Positions 20,959 to 31,064 of a stretch of DNA of 64,000 bases are shown piece by piece. The notes under the pieces were generated by a model, which saw only the letters and a program-made list of their open reading frames with translations, was not told the origin of the DNA and ran no database searches. The position numbers were made by a program, and so were the translations under genes. The DNA is from Candidatus Latescibacterota bacterium (GTDB lineage Bacteria > Latescibacterota > UBA2968), in the NCBI GenBank assembly GCA_965222605.1, contig OZ244960.1, forward strand, positions 1,536,001-1,600,000, written 5' to 3'. Positions within the stretch are counted from its first letter, which is position 1, and every line of letters starts with the position of its first letter.

Positions 20959-22197
20959 ATGGCAACTCAATTTGGCGATGAACGCGATTGGTTTTTGGAA
21001 AAGCGATTTGGTCTATTTGTGCATTGGGGAATTTACGCGATCCCCGGATGGCAAGAACAGCACCAGTGGCGCGGACGTATGCCCGCAAATGAATACGTAA
21101 AATTGGCCGAGCAGTGGAATCCCACAAACTTCAATCCCGATGCGTGGTTAGATCTCGCAGAAGAAGCCGGGATGCAATACATCATCGTCACGACCAAACA
21201 CCACGATGGATTTTGCTTGTGGGACACATCACATACGGCATTTAACACAATGAATACGCCGTACGGAAAAGACCTGATGGCAATGCTCGCCGATGCGTGT
21301 CACAAGCGCGATTTCCCACTGGGCTTTTATTATTCAATTGCCGACTGGCACCACCCCAATTACCCCAATCAGGGACGGCATCACGAACTGCCTCAACCCA
21401 AGCCGGGAGATGATCCCGATTTGATAAAATATCTGAAATTTCTGAAGGCGCAGGTGTGGGAGTTGTGTACGCATTACGGAAAATTGCACGCATTCTGGTG
21501 GGATATGAATGTGGATGAACTCTTCGATCCATCCGTCAACACGATGATTCGGTCGCTACAACCTGCGGCAGTAATCAACAATCGGGGATTTGATCCCGGT
21601 GATTTTGGCACGCCCGAGCGCGATTACGAACAAGGCATAGATACCCAGCAGTCATTTGATCGGCTGACCGAAGCGTGTCAATCCGTGGGAAGCGAAAGCT
21701 GGGGCTATCGGGTAGATGAGGATTATTATACAGATCGCCATTTGATACGGAGCATCGATCGGTATCTCGCGCGCGACGCAAACTATTTGCTCAACGTAGG
21801 CCCCAAATCCGACGGAACGATTCCAGAGACAGCGCAGCTCATTTTGAAGCGCATTGGAAAATGGTATCGCGCAGTAGAAGAAGCGGTTAAAGACGTAGAA
21901 CCCGCGTCGCACTTAACGCGCAATCGCGATATATTATTGATGCGCCGAGACAATGTGATTTATGTACATCTGGTAAACGATCCGCGAACAAGCGGCGTAA
22001 AACTCGACCCAATTGCAATCGCACCAGAGAAAGCGACATTGCTAAACACAGGTGAACCTGTGGATTTCACAGTGGATTTGGTGCCGACCAATCACATAGA
22101 GCACAAACCCTATTTGCGGTTGCAAAACCTGCCAGTGAATGAACTAACCAACACCGTAATGGTAGTAAAACTCGAATTTGACAGAGCACCTGAGTAG
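20959..22197 (+). CDS. GH29 alpha-L-fucosidase
   Basis: FGLFVHWG, TTKHHDGF, WWD nucleophile, NYLLNVGP. Confidence 0.92.
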   Translation: MATQFGDERDWFLEKRFGLFVHWGIYAIPGWQEQHQWRGRMPANEYVKLAEQWNPTNFNPDAWLDLAEEAGMQYIIVTTKHHDGFCLWDTSHTAFNTMNTPYGKDLMAMLADACHKRDFPLGFYYSIADWHHPNYPNQGRHHELPQPKPGDDPDLIKYLKFLKAQVWELCTHYGKLHAFWWDMNVDELFDPSVNTMIRSLQPAAVINNRGFDPGDFGTPERDYEQGIDTQQSFDRLTEACQSVGSESWGYRVDEDYYTDRHLIRSIDRYLARDANYLLNVGPKSDGTIPETAQLILKRIGKWYRAVEEAVKDVEPASHLTRNRDILLMRRDNVIYVHLVNDPRTSGVKLDPIAIAPEKATLLNTGEPVDFTVDLVPTNHIEHKPYLRLQNLPVNELTNTVMVVKLEFDRAPE

Positions 22198-22238
22198 AAC
22201 GATCCGCAACTGAAGATTTGAAAGGTTTAAGGAAAATC

Positions 22239-22964
22239 ATGTTTGAAGAAATCCGAAATAAAAACGGTGAAAAACTGGATTATGCTTTTCCCTGTGGAAA
22301 TCCCGAAAGCAAACACATCGTCGTCTTAGGCCATGGCGTAACCGGCAACAAAGACAGGCCATTTTTAGTCGCGCTATCACAGGCATTGGAAGCCGAAGGA
22401 TTCAATGTTCTGCGCTTCTCTTTTGCTGGCAATGGGGACTCAGAAGGTCGGTTTGAGGATGCGACCATAACAAAAGAAGTAGATGATCTGGGTTCAGTCC
22501 TGGACGCATTAGACGGATATACAATCTGTTACGCCGGGCACAGTATGGGAGGTGCCGTAGGCGTATTGCGGGCGGGCACAGATGCGCGCATTCAGCATCT
22601 CATCTCTCTGGCGGGCATGGTAGATACAAAGGGATTTGCACAGCGCGAGTTTGGAGATGTCACCCCCGACAAAGGCAACATGTGGGACGACCCGGATTGC
22701 CCGCTATCCAGCGCGTATATGGACGACTTAACGGCGATTGACACTGTCGTAAATCGCGCATCTCAAATCTCGGTTCCATGGTTACTCGTACACGGCACAG
22801 AGGACGACGTGGTGCCCATTGAGGATTCTCAGGTGATCTTTGAGCGAGCCAACGAACCAAAAGAACTGGTCATCCTGAACAGGGCAGATCACGTATTCAG
22901 CGATGACGCAACACCCGCCATGATTCAGACCGTTATCAATTGGATTGCGAAACAGGAGTACTAA
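22239..22964 (+). CDS. alpha/beta hydrolase
   Basis: GHSMGG nucleophile elbow, HGTEDDVVP, ADH. Confidence 0.9.
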   Translation: MFEEIRNKNGEKLDYAFPCGNPESKHIVVLGHGVTGNKDRPFLVALSQALEAEGFNVLRFSFAGNGDSEGRFEDATITKEVDDLGSVLDALDGYTICYAGHSMGGAVGVLRAGTDARIQHLISLAGMVDTKGFAQREFGDVTPDKGNMWDDPDCPLSSAYMDDLTAIDTVVNRASQISVPWLLVHGTEDDVVPIEDSQVIFERANEPKELVILNRADHVFSDDATPAMIQTVINWIAKQEY

Positions 22965-24001
22965 TGTCTTCTAAAACATACCGAGCCGCGGTAATTGGTC
23001 TGGGGATGATCGGCGGTGCTGATCAGGTTTCAGGTGATGTATTGGGTCAGCGCGTGGACAGTATGGATGGCACGCATACCTTTGCGTATCAGAACCATCC
23101 GCGTATCGACCTCGTGGCCGGTGCAAGCCGCGACCAGGGGCGACGCGAGCGCTTTGAAACACGCACGGGTGCTATAACTTATGAGAGTTGGCGTACAATG
23201 ATCGCCAACGAAGCACTCGATATTGTCAGTGTAGCGACCTATACTCCTACCCACGCGGAAATTGCCATAGCCTGTGCCGAACACGGAATTCCCGTCATCT
23301 ATTGCGAAAAACCCGCGGCAACCACGGTGGTAGATGCCCAGCACATGCTCGAGGCTCAAAAGCACGGGTTATTGGTCTTTAACCATCAACGAAGATTTGA
23401 TCCCAATTACCGCCGACTTCGTGCGCTAATTGCCGATGGAGAACTGGGCACGCTTATTTCCGCTACCCTTCAATGGCCGACGGGGCGATTGGGCAATGTG
23501 GGGACACATGTAATTGACGCGCTCTTAATGCTTACCGGGCATCGCGTCCAATCGGTTTCTGCAACGCTTGATCTGGCGGGAAAGCCAGATTGCCGCGGCG
23601 AGACATTTCGCGATCCGGGCGGTTCGGGTGTGATGCGTATGGACGGCGGGCTGATGGTGACAGTGAGCGCACCCGATTATTCCGCAGCACCACCGCGAAT
23701 GGAAATTAACGGGCATAAAGGACGAGCAATTATTGAGGCAAAAGGCGTCACACTTGAATACTGGACTGGTGAGACAGAACAATGGCCGCCTCATGAAGAT
23801 GGCGTTTCGGGAATGGATCGCGCCGTATCGGAAATCGTAGCCTATCTGGATGATCGCGCGCCATTTCCCTACAATGCCGAAGAAGCCATTCATACACTCG
23901 AAGCCATTGTCGCTTTCCACGCTTCTCATAAACAGAACGCAGCCTGGGTTGATCTCCCCTTGTCGGGAAGCGACCGCGAGATTGTCGTGCTAAGCGGATA
24001 A
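22964..24001 (+). CDS. Gfo/Idh/MocA oxidoreductase
   Basis: VIGLGMIG, CEKP, HQRRF, GTHVID. Confidence 0.9.
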   Translation: MSSKTYRAAVIGLGMIGGADQVSGDVLGQRVDSMDGTHTFAYQNHPRIDLVAGASRDQGRRERFETRTGAITYESWRTMIANEALDIVSVATYTPTHAEIAIACAEHGIPVIYCEKPAATTVVDAQHMLEAQKHGLLVFNHQRRFDPNYRRLRALIADGELGTLISATLQWPTGRLGNVGTHVIDALLMLTGHRVQSVSATLDLAGKPDCRGETFRDPGGSGVMRMDGGLMVTVSAPDYSAAPPRMEINGHKGRAIIEAKGVTLEYWTGETEQWPPHEDGVSGMDRAVSEIVAYLDDRAPFPYNAEEAIHTLEAIVAFHASHKQNAAWVDLPLSGSDREIVVLSG

Positions 24002-24013
24002 TGAAAGGAATCT

Positions 24014-25195
24014 ATGCCGACCATTGGAACACCGCTTTCACCAACTGCGACCAGAGTACTTATGTGTGGCTCTGGCGAATTGGGAAAAGAAGTTGTAATT
24101 GAACTACAGCGCTATGGCATTGAGGTAATTGCCGTAGATCGCTATGCCAATGCGCCCGCAATGCAGGTAGCGCATCGGTCGCATGTAATCACCATGCTGG
24201 ATGGGGATGCCCTGCGCGAAGTCATAGAAAAAGAACAACCCGACTTAATCGTGCCCGAAATTGAGGCAATCGCCACAGACACACTCATCGAATTGGAAAA
24301 AGAAGGATTCACAGTAATCCCAACAGCCAGAGCAGCCCGACTGACAATGAACCGCGAGGGCATTCGCAGATTGGCCGCCGAGGAACTGGGATTAAAAACA
24401 TCGCCTTACCGATTTGCGTCGAATTTAGAAGAATACCGCGCAGCAGTCCGAGAAATCGGCGTACCGTGTGTAATCAAACCAATCATGAGTTCATCGGGCA
24501 AAGGGCAAAGCACCGTCAAAAACATGGCCGACGCTGAAAAATCGTGGACCTATGCACAAGAAGGTGCGCGAGGGGGTGCAGATGCAGTCATCGTGGAAGG
24601 CTTTGTGGATTTTGACTACGAAATTACACTATTGACCCTGCGCCACGAAGGAGGCACGAGTTTTTGCGCGCCAATAGGACATCGACAGGTAGATGGCGAC
24701 TATCACGAATCCTGGCAGCCACAGCCAATGAGCGAGGCGGCACTTGCAGAATCACAACGGATGGGCAAGGCCATCACCGACGCGCTGGGTGGACGCGGCA
24801 TTTTTGGAGTGGAGCTATTTGTAAAAGGCGACGACATCTACTTCAGCGAAGTATCACCTCGCCCACATGACACGGGCATGGTAACCATGATATCGCAAGA
24901 CCTGTCTGAATTTGCCCTGCATGCGCGGGCAATTTTGGGATTGCCAGTTCCAAATATCAAAAACCACGGCCCGGCAGCTTCGTATGTCATCCTGGTGGAA
25001 GGGCATTCGCAACAAGTGAAATACGGCAACCTGGGCGCATCACTCACCGCACCGGATACACAGATCCGCTTATTTGGCAAACCCGAGGTACAGGGAGAAC
25101 GGCGAATGGGAGTCGTCCTTGCGAGAGGCGCGTCACTACAAGAAGCACGCAAAAAGGCAAAAGCGGGGGCAAAGGCGGTCAGTATCGCGCTTTGA
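24014..25195 (+). CDS. purT: formate-dependent phosphoribosylglycinamide formyltransferase
   Basis: [41 protein letters not shown]. Confidence 0.97.
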   Translation: MPTIGTPLSPTATRVLMCGSGELGKEVVIELQRYGIEVIAVDRYANAPAMQVAHRSHVITMLDGDALREVIEKEQPDLIVPEIEAIATDTLIELEKEGFTVIPTARAARLTMNREGIRRLAAEELGLKTSPYRFASNLEEYRAAVREIGVPCVIKPIMSSSGKGQSTVKNMADAEKSWTYAQEGARGGADAVIVEGFVDFDYEITLLTLRHEGGTSFCAPIGHRQVDGDYHESWQPQPMSEAALAESQRMGKAITDALGGRGIFGVELFVKGDDIYFSEVSPRPHDTGMVTMISQDLSEFALHARAILGLPVPNIKNHGPAASYVILVEGHSQQVKYGNLGASLTAPDTQIRLFGKPEVQGERRMGVVLARGASLQEARKKAKAGAKAVSIAL

Positions 25196-25549
25196 GAGAC
25201 TCTTTTGGTTTTTCCAGATGGAAAGTAAGAAGCAATCACAGGTGGGAGAGGTCCGAAGATGTAAGATACCTTAATCTGCGTGAACGGCACTTTTTTTAAA
25301 CATCTATGGAAAACTGTTCACAGTATTGCAAAGGGAAGTATAGAGATAATCCAACCACATTAAAAAATGAACACTGGGACAAATTTTGAATGTTAGGACA
25401 AACTTTTGGGGTTGCAACGTCAGAGCAATAGTATTATTCTTTAATTTTGGAAAATTACCAGTAGATTCAAGTCAATCATTGACGTTACGGAATTTATTAT
25501 ATTATCTTTAGACGTGCTTAATTGATTCCAAAATTCCAAGGAGGTTACT

Positions 25550-26056
25550 ATGTTCGGAAATATTCAAGGTGTAATAGCACTACTTATCATGGCAAGGTTG
25601 GCATCGTGTGGTGCTGATGGCTGTTCCGTTGGAAAGGTGGTAACTCCAGAGACAACTGGGAAAAATGGAAACTCATCGCTTGTAAGCGAAAACAGGGCAC
25701 AGGCTATTATGAACGTTACTGTGCGACAAGGTAACACGCCCGTAAGCGGTATAAGAATAGAGTTTTCGCGTTCTATTGTAGGGCAGGCCGCAAATTATGA
25801 ATGGTCTGCGACCACTGATGAAAATGGTCACGCGCGAATAGAGATTGCGCCGGGCAAAAATGTGTCAGCTTATTATCTTGCAAGAGCTATTCAGAACGGT
25901 AGCCAGATTGGTTCATGGTCAAGTATTTTAATTAAAGAGGGTTACGAAGTAATGTTCGACTTGCCTATCGGTGGTGAGGCACAGATCACGAGTTCATCCA
26001 TCCTGCCGAATCCAAACATTACTGTTAGAGGGGAGAATATACTTTTAACTGAATAA
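25550..26056 (+). CDS. putative exported or lipoprotein with Ig/carboxypeptidase-regulatory-like beta domain
   Basis: Strong RBS aaggagg; hydrophobic N-terminus with LASC; NVTVRQGNTPVSG...TTDENGHARIEI. Confidence 0.6.
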   Translation: MFGNIQGVIALLIMARLASCGADGCSVGKVVTPETTGKNGNSSLVSENRAQAIMNVTVRQGNTPVSGIRIEFSRSIVGQAANYEWSATTDENGHARIEIAPGKNVSAYYLARAIQNGSQIGSWSSILIKEGYEVMFDLPIGGEAQITSSSILPNPNITVRGENILLTE

Positions 26057-26183
26057 CTCTTATTCGCTATTCGCAATCAATAATCCTCTAAAACCGACTG
26101 TTAAAAAAGTCTGGCGTCTTAGGAGATTTTTTAAGTAATATATGGGATGATCCAGATCGTCTTTTGCCCATAGCTTATGTTGG

Positions 26184-26215
26184 AAAACTGCCGCGTTTAT
26201 TGCGCGGCAGTTTTT
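26184..26215. terminator. bidirectional intrinsic terminator
   Basis: Perfect 12-bp stem aaaactgccgcg/cgcggcagtttt between convergent genes. Confidence 0.8.
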
Positions 26216-26217
26216 GT

Positions 26218-27423
26218 TTAAGACAGAATCAGTTCGGCAACAGCGTCTTCATTAAGAGTAATACCGAGACCGGGTTTTTCTGTGAAAGTAATATGCCCGT
26301 TTTCAAGCGACAAAGGTTCTACAAGAAGGCAGTTGCCAAAAGGACCGCGCGCAAAACCGCTGGGACATTCAGAGATAAAGCAATTGGGGGTAGCAGCGCC
26401 AACATGCAGACCCGCCATAAGGTGAATAGGAGTACTGGTACTCACATGGGACGCCCATGACACGCCAAAAACATCGGCTAATTGTGCGATACGCAAAGTT
26501 TCAGAAATACCCCCAGCCCGGCAGACATCGGGAAGAACGAGATCGCACTCTTTATTCAGCAAACGATCTCGCACAACATAGCGGTTGCAATCTGTCTCCC
26601 CCACAGCGACTCGAATAGAAGTCGATTGGGTCAGCTGTCGATACCCCTGATGGTCTTCGGGAAGCAGTGCATCTTCAAACCATTCTACATTGCCGAGATC
26701 CTCAAGCAACCGGACAAAGCGGAGGGCGTCTTTAATATCGTACCCGCCATGCGCGTCAACCAGAAGCCTGCCGCGATCTCCAACAGCGCGGGACATCTCG
26801 CGGACAACGTGCATTTGTTCGTCTATCGTCCCGCGACCACAGGACGTTTTCACAACAGAAAAACCATCGTCCAAAACCTTTCCAATCCCCTCGCAACGAG
26901 ATTCAACAGTCTGGCCCGGCGTACCCGACGAATACACGGGAATTTGCAAGCGGTAAGGACCGCCAAGCAAACAATAGATAGGTTCGTTGTAGTATTTGCC
27001 GCGTATATCCCAAAGTGCGATATCGACCCCCGCAATCGCCTCCAGCGTAAACCCCTGCGTATGGGAGCGCAGGCGCATCGTCGAAAACATGCGTTCCCAC
27101 AAAACGTCCTGTGAGCGCGGGTCCTCCCCGATGAGAACAGGGCTTAACAGATCTTCTACAATCGTTTTGACAACGCGAGGCGCAGCCGGGGCGTGGGCTT
27201 CGCCAATGCCCTCAATACCGTTATCTGTACGCACGCGAACAAGCGCTGTCGATCGCCCCGAGGGATAGACACACAGGTGTCGCGTATCGGCTCTGCCGGA
27301 AAAGACCTGTGTGGATTGGGGCGCGACTTGCGGAAATTTTAATCCAACGGTATCTTCATATCGCGTCGCACCCTGCTGGTGAGCGGTAGAGAGAATATCG
27401 CAGGTAATAGCCGTGATTTTCAT
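26218..27423 (-). CDS. mandelate racemase/muconate lactonizing enzyme family enolase
   Basis: GIEGIGE, AIAGVDIALWDIRGK, LVDAH, WFED, GE, PGLG. Confidence 0.92.
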   Translation of the reverse strand: MKITAITCDILSTAHQQGATRYEDTVGLKFPQVAPQSTQVFSGRADTRHLCVYPSGRSTALVRVRTDNGIEGIGEAHAPAAPRVVKTIVEDLLSPVLIGEDPRSQDVLWERMFSTMRLRSHTQGFTLEAIAGVDIALWDIRGKYYNEPIYCLLGGPYRLQIPVYSSGTPGQTVESRCEGIGKVLDDGFSVVKTSCGRGTIDEQMHVVREMSRAVGDRGRLLVDAHGGYDIKDALRFVRLLEDLGNVEWFEDALLPEDHQGYRQLTQSTSIRVAVGETDCNRYVVRDRLLNKECDLVLPDVCRAGGISETLRIAQLADVFGVSWASHVSTSTPIHLMAGLHVGAATPNCFISECPSGFARGPFGNCLLVEPLSLENGHITFTEKPGLGITLNEDAVAELILS

Positions 27424-27526
27424 TTGTGCCTCTTGGGGTGTGTTGTAAAAAAATACGGATAGATATGAAAATAGGGTGGAAACTTGCTATTTGCAAATTT
27501 CTATCAACACTGTGTAAGAGGATTTG

Positions 27527-27871
27527 ATGAATACGATTGAAGCCCATATTGACCGAGCCACCATCCAGGCCATAACGCGACTGATTGTCGAACGCTTTGA
27601 TCCGGAGCTAATCATTCTCTTCGGCAGCCATGCACGCGGAGAGGCTAACGAGCACAGCGATTTGGATCTGCTGGTCGTGATGCATGCAGATACAGGACGA
27701 CGCCAGCACGGCAATCCTATTCGTCGAGCAATTGCCGAGCATTTCGTGTTGCCCGTTGATGTAATTATTCGCTCTCCTCAAGTCTTTGCCGAACAGCGCA
27801 ACAATCCATACTCCATGATTCACAAGGTGCTGGAAGAAGGAGAAGTAGTATATGAACGGCGAGTCGCCTGA
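27527..27871 (+). CDS. minimal nucleotidyltransferase (MNT/MntA-like antitoxin)
   Basis: IILFGSHARGEANEHSDLDLLVV (GSx10DxD), PVDVII, EEGEVVYE. Confidence 0.9.
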   Translation: MNTIEAHIDRATIQAITRLIVERFDPELIILFGSHARGEANEHSDLDLLVVMHADTGRRQHGNPIRRAIAEHFVLPVDVIIRSPQVFAEQRNNPYSMIHKVLEEGEVVYERRVA

Positions 27872-28697
27872 ACAGGATTGGTTTGAGAAGGCAGATCAAG
27901 ATGGAGAATGTAAAGTGAATATAAGAAGACCAGAAAAGGAGGAATGCTTAGAACTGCGGAAAAGATTGCAAAAGGCAAGATATCAGGTCTTGGAAGACGG
28001 AGAAAACTGGTTAGGAATAGCGCAGGCAATTGAGGCAGTGGGAAATGCAATAACGAAAAACGAGAAAAAGGTCGGAACAGGACTGAGAAATGTGGAGGCA
28101 GAACTTCAACAATTTGTAAAAAAATGTCACCCAACAACAGGCCAAGGACAATATGAGGCAGAAGAGGGGCCCTTTGAGAGCACATTTGAAAACCTCTTGG
28201 AAGAGGTAAGAAAAGCGAGAAACGACGAGGCACACACGGGAGTGACAGCACGGGCAGCAGCGAGAATAGCAGTCGTAGTAGGAATCTATCTGGAGGACAC
28301 CCTGATGGCAGCAAGCGGTGCAGAGAAGGACGTGAAAGCATATATACAAGAAGAGGTAGTACGAACCTACAAATGGCAGAGGCTGGGAGAGTGCAGGCGA
28401 CTGATGCTGACACATTCTTTCTCATACCTACCCCTAAAAATAGAAAATGAATGGAAAATGTTAGCAGACGCGGACTTAGCAGAATATTTGGCGAACACAG
28501 GATGGAAGGGACGGAAGGAGACAGTAGAAGATGCAATAGCCAAAGTAGCCAATAAACTGAAAATAAAAAAAGCAGCCATAGTGGAACTAAACGACAGCAA
28601 AAAAAAAGCTCTAAACAAAATGGAAGGAAAAGCAGCAGTTGTTATAAATAAAGAAAGAGACCTCGTGGGTATCATAACCCCATTTGACTTGCTTTAG
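27852..28697 (+). CDS. HEPN-like (RxxxxH) + CBS-pair protein; alternative start GTG 27915
   Basis: N-terminal DWFEKADQD (HEPN toxin start), ARNDEAH, C-terminal FSYLPL and LVGIITPFDLL. Confidence 0.65.
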   Translation: MNGESPEQDWFEKADQDGECKVNIRRPEKEECLELRKRLQKARYQVLEDGENWLGIAQAIEAVGNAITKNEKKVGTGLRNVEAELQQFVKKCHPTTGQGQYEAEEGPFESTFENLLEEVRKARNDEAHTGVTARAAARIAVVVGIYLEDTLMAASGAEKDVKAYIQEEVVRTYKWQRLGECRRLMLTHSFSYLPLKIENEWKMLADADLAEYLANTGWKGRKETVEDAIAKVANKLKIKKAAIVELNDSKKKALNKMEGKAAVVINKERDLVGIITPFDLL

Positions 28698-28834
28698 AGG
28701 AGGCACGCAGAAGCAGCAGGGGACGGGGATTCATTTTACAAACAACTTGCTCAATATCGCTTGCAAATTCGGTAAATTGGTTTCTAATCCCTAATCAACA
28801 AACTTACAAGAAAATTTTTAACAGGAGGCAAACA

Positions 28835-30196
28835 GTGGTTCATCAATCACATTTATTAAACGACGAGGCGATATTGCATTTTATTGCGCGGGGATATTGC
28901 GTAATCAAAACAAATGTCGCGCCGCATATCCACGCACAAATTTTGGCAGATGCAAAAAAGGCGACAGCAGAGGGAAACCCGGGCAATGACATATTGCACG
29001 CCGCACCGGGCTTGCGCGAAATTTTTGACGACGAAGCAATGGTCGGCGCACTATCGAGTCTCCTCGGCGATTCCTATGTCATGCACTGCCACAGACATTG
29101 CCATCGCAATCCCGCGGGCACAGAAGGCCGAACATTTCATCAGGACGGTTCAACGCGCCGATTTGCCGGCTGGAGCCGACCGTGGCGGCGGCACCATCGC
29201 CCGCGAACCGTAATGGCGATTTGTTATCCGCACCAAACACCGATTGAAATGGGGCCCACTGGCGTAATCCCCGGAACGCAATATTACAGTGCGAAACCAA
29301 AAAATGAGTTCGATTACGAGTTCCCATTTGCGGTTGTCGATCCCGGCGATGTCTTACTCGTACATTTTGATTTATTTCATCGGGTATCCAGCAATACGAG
29401 TGACCGTGACCGGTATATGATGAAATTTTTATTCAAACGCACCGAAGAGCCAACAGCCCCGAGTTGGCATGCCGCATCGGAATTTGACCCCGATTTCGAC
29501 ACCCTTGCACACCGGATAGAACCCGACCATCCATCCGACGTATTACTGCGCCATCCCCACGTATGGGAATTTATGTGGCGCTGGATGCGCGGTGAACCCC
29601 TGCCCGAATGGGGGGATGACGCGCCCGTCTCTATAGACGATATGATGCACGAATTGAACAGCGACGATCCAGGTGTCGTGCTAAATGCGACATACTCGCT
29701 GGGACGATTGGGCAAACGCGCAGTACCCGCATTGATGGATATATTACTGGGGCCAGATGAAGCACTTCGAGAGCGGGTTCCCGCAGCACTATCAGCAGCA
29801 GGTGGGCACGCCGTAGATGCGCTCGTCCATACATTAACACACTCTGACGACTGGGTGCGCGCAACCGCTGCAGATACCCTGGGCGATATTGGTCTGCCGG
29901 CTCTTGACGCGCTACCCGCTATTCGCAACGCACTTTCAGACCGCGACGACTGGGTGCGCCACAATGCCACGCGCGCATTGACCATCTGGAGCAAAGCTGC
30001 TGAAATCGCCCGCAATGATTTGCTCACAGCACTAAAAGACCAGGAGCCTTTTGTCGGCTTCAACGCGCTAACTGCTCTGGAACACATGAACTGTGTTGAC
30101 GATACACAGGTACTGCCATTGTTAAAAACAATGCAAAACCACGAGCACAGCCGATTGCGCTACCATGTGAACGAAATGCTACAGCGCGTCGCCTGA
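28835..30196 (+). CDS. PhyH dioxygenase fused to HEAT repeats
   Basis: FHQDG, MGPTGVIPGT, HFDLFH; repeats DDWVRATAADTLGDIG and DDWVRHNATRAL. Confidence 0.85.
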   Translation: MVHQSHLLNDEAILHFIARGYCVIKTNVAPHIHAQILADAKKATAEGNPGNDILHAAPGLREIFDDEAMVGALSSLLGDSYVMHCHRHCHRNPAGTEGRTFHQDGSTRRFAGWSRPWRRHHRPRTVMAICYPHQTPIEMGPTGVIPGTQYYSAKPKNEFDYEFPFAVVDPGDVLLVHFDLFHRVSSNTSDRDRYMMKFLFKRTEEPTAPSWHAASEFDPDFDTLAHRIEPDHPSDVLLRHPHVWEFMWRWMRGEPLPEWGDDAPVSIDDMMHELNSDDPGVVLNATYSLGRLGKRAVPALMDILLGPDEALRERVPAALSAAGGHAVDALVHTLTHSDDWVRATAADTLGDIGLPALDALPAIRNALSDRDDWVRHNATRALTIWSKAAEIARNDLLTALKDQEPFVGFNALTALEHMNCVDDTQVLPLLKTMQNHEHSRLRYHVNEMLQRVA

Positions 30197-30216
30197 CCGA
30201 ATGTTGAGGAGGTATA

Positions 30217-31044
30217 ATGTATTCCAAACGCGAGCAGTTAATTCAAGATGGATTCTGTGTATTTGAAAATGTGCTCACCCCCGAGATGGTTGAGCGCACA
30301 AACGAGGCATCCAATCGCCTGTTAGACGCGCAAGATGCCGAATACTTTGAAGCACAGAAATCCACGGGAAGTTTGATCAGCATTTACCAGGACGACTTTT
30401 TTGCCGAACTGGTCACCTGGCCAAAAGCACTCAATGCTCTGCGAGAGATGGGCTTTGACCAACCTACTTTCTCATCCGGTTTTGTAATTAGCAAACCCCC
30501 ACACAGCCCACCCCTATTCTGGCATCAGGATTGGTGGGGATGGAATGATCCCGTGAGCTACGAGCCCCTACCACAACAGGTGTTTTTAATGTATTATCTC
30601 GTAGATACCTCGCGTGAAAACGGATGTCTGAGATTAATCGAAGGCTCGCACTTAAAACGACATCCCCTGCACGACCTCGCCCCCGAAGCACATACCGAAG
30701 ATTTGCGGCGCGTATCCGACCCAGACCATCCGGCCTATCAGTCGTATCCCGACGAGCGAGATGTTCCCGTGCGCGCTGGCGATCTGGTCATCGGTGATTC
30801 GCGGTTATTGCACAGTGCACGCGCCAACAAAACGGATCAGCGGCGGACAGTGATCACACTATGGTATCACCCGATATATAACGAACTGCCCGAAGCCATG
30901 CGCGCCCGCCTGGCGAACCGACACCCGATTCCAGATCACTGGTCTGAAGACGCGGCGCAAAAAATCGCGCCATTGATGCCCATTTACGAAGGCGAAGGCG
31001 AAGAACTCGAATGGAACCGCATTCCCGGACCTGCATTGGTGTGA
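30217..31044 (+). CDS. PhyH-family dioxygenase
   Basis: FWHQD, ENGCLRLIEGSH, LLHSARAN. Confidence 0.92.
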   Translation: MYSKREQLIQDGFCVFENVLTPEMVERTNEASNRLLDAQDAEYFEAQKSTGSLISIYQDDFFAELVTWPKALNALREMGFDQPTFSSGFVISKPPHSPPLFWHQDWWGWNDPVSYEPLPQQVFLMYYLVDTSRENGCLRLIEGSHLKRHPLHDLAPEAHTEDLRRVSDPDHPAYQSYPDERDVPVRAGDLVIGDSRLLHSARANKTDQRRTVITLWYHPIYNELPEAMRARLANRHPIPDHWSEDAAQKIAPLMPIYEGEGEELEWNRIPGPALV

Positions 31045-31064
31045 TAGGAAGAAAAGACAAAAAC

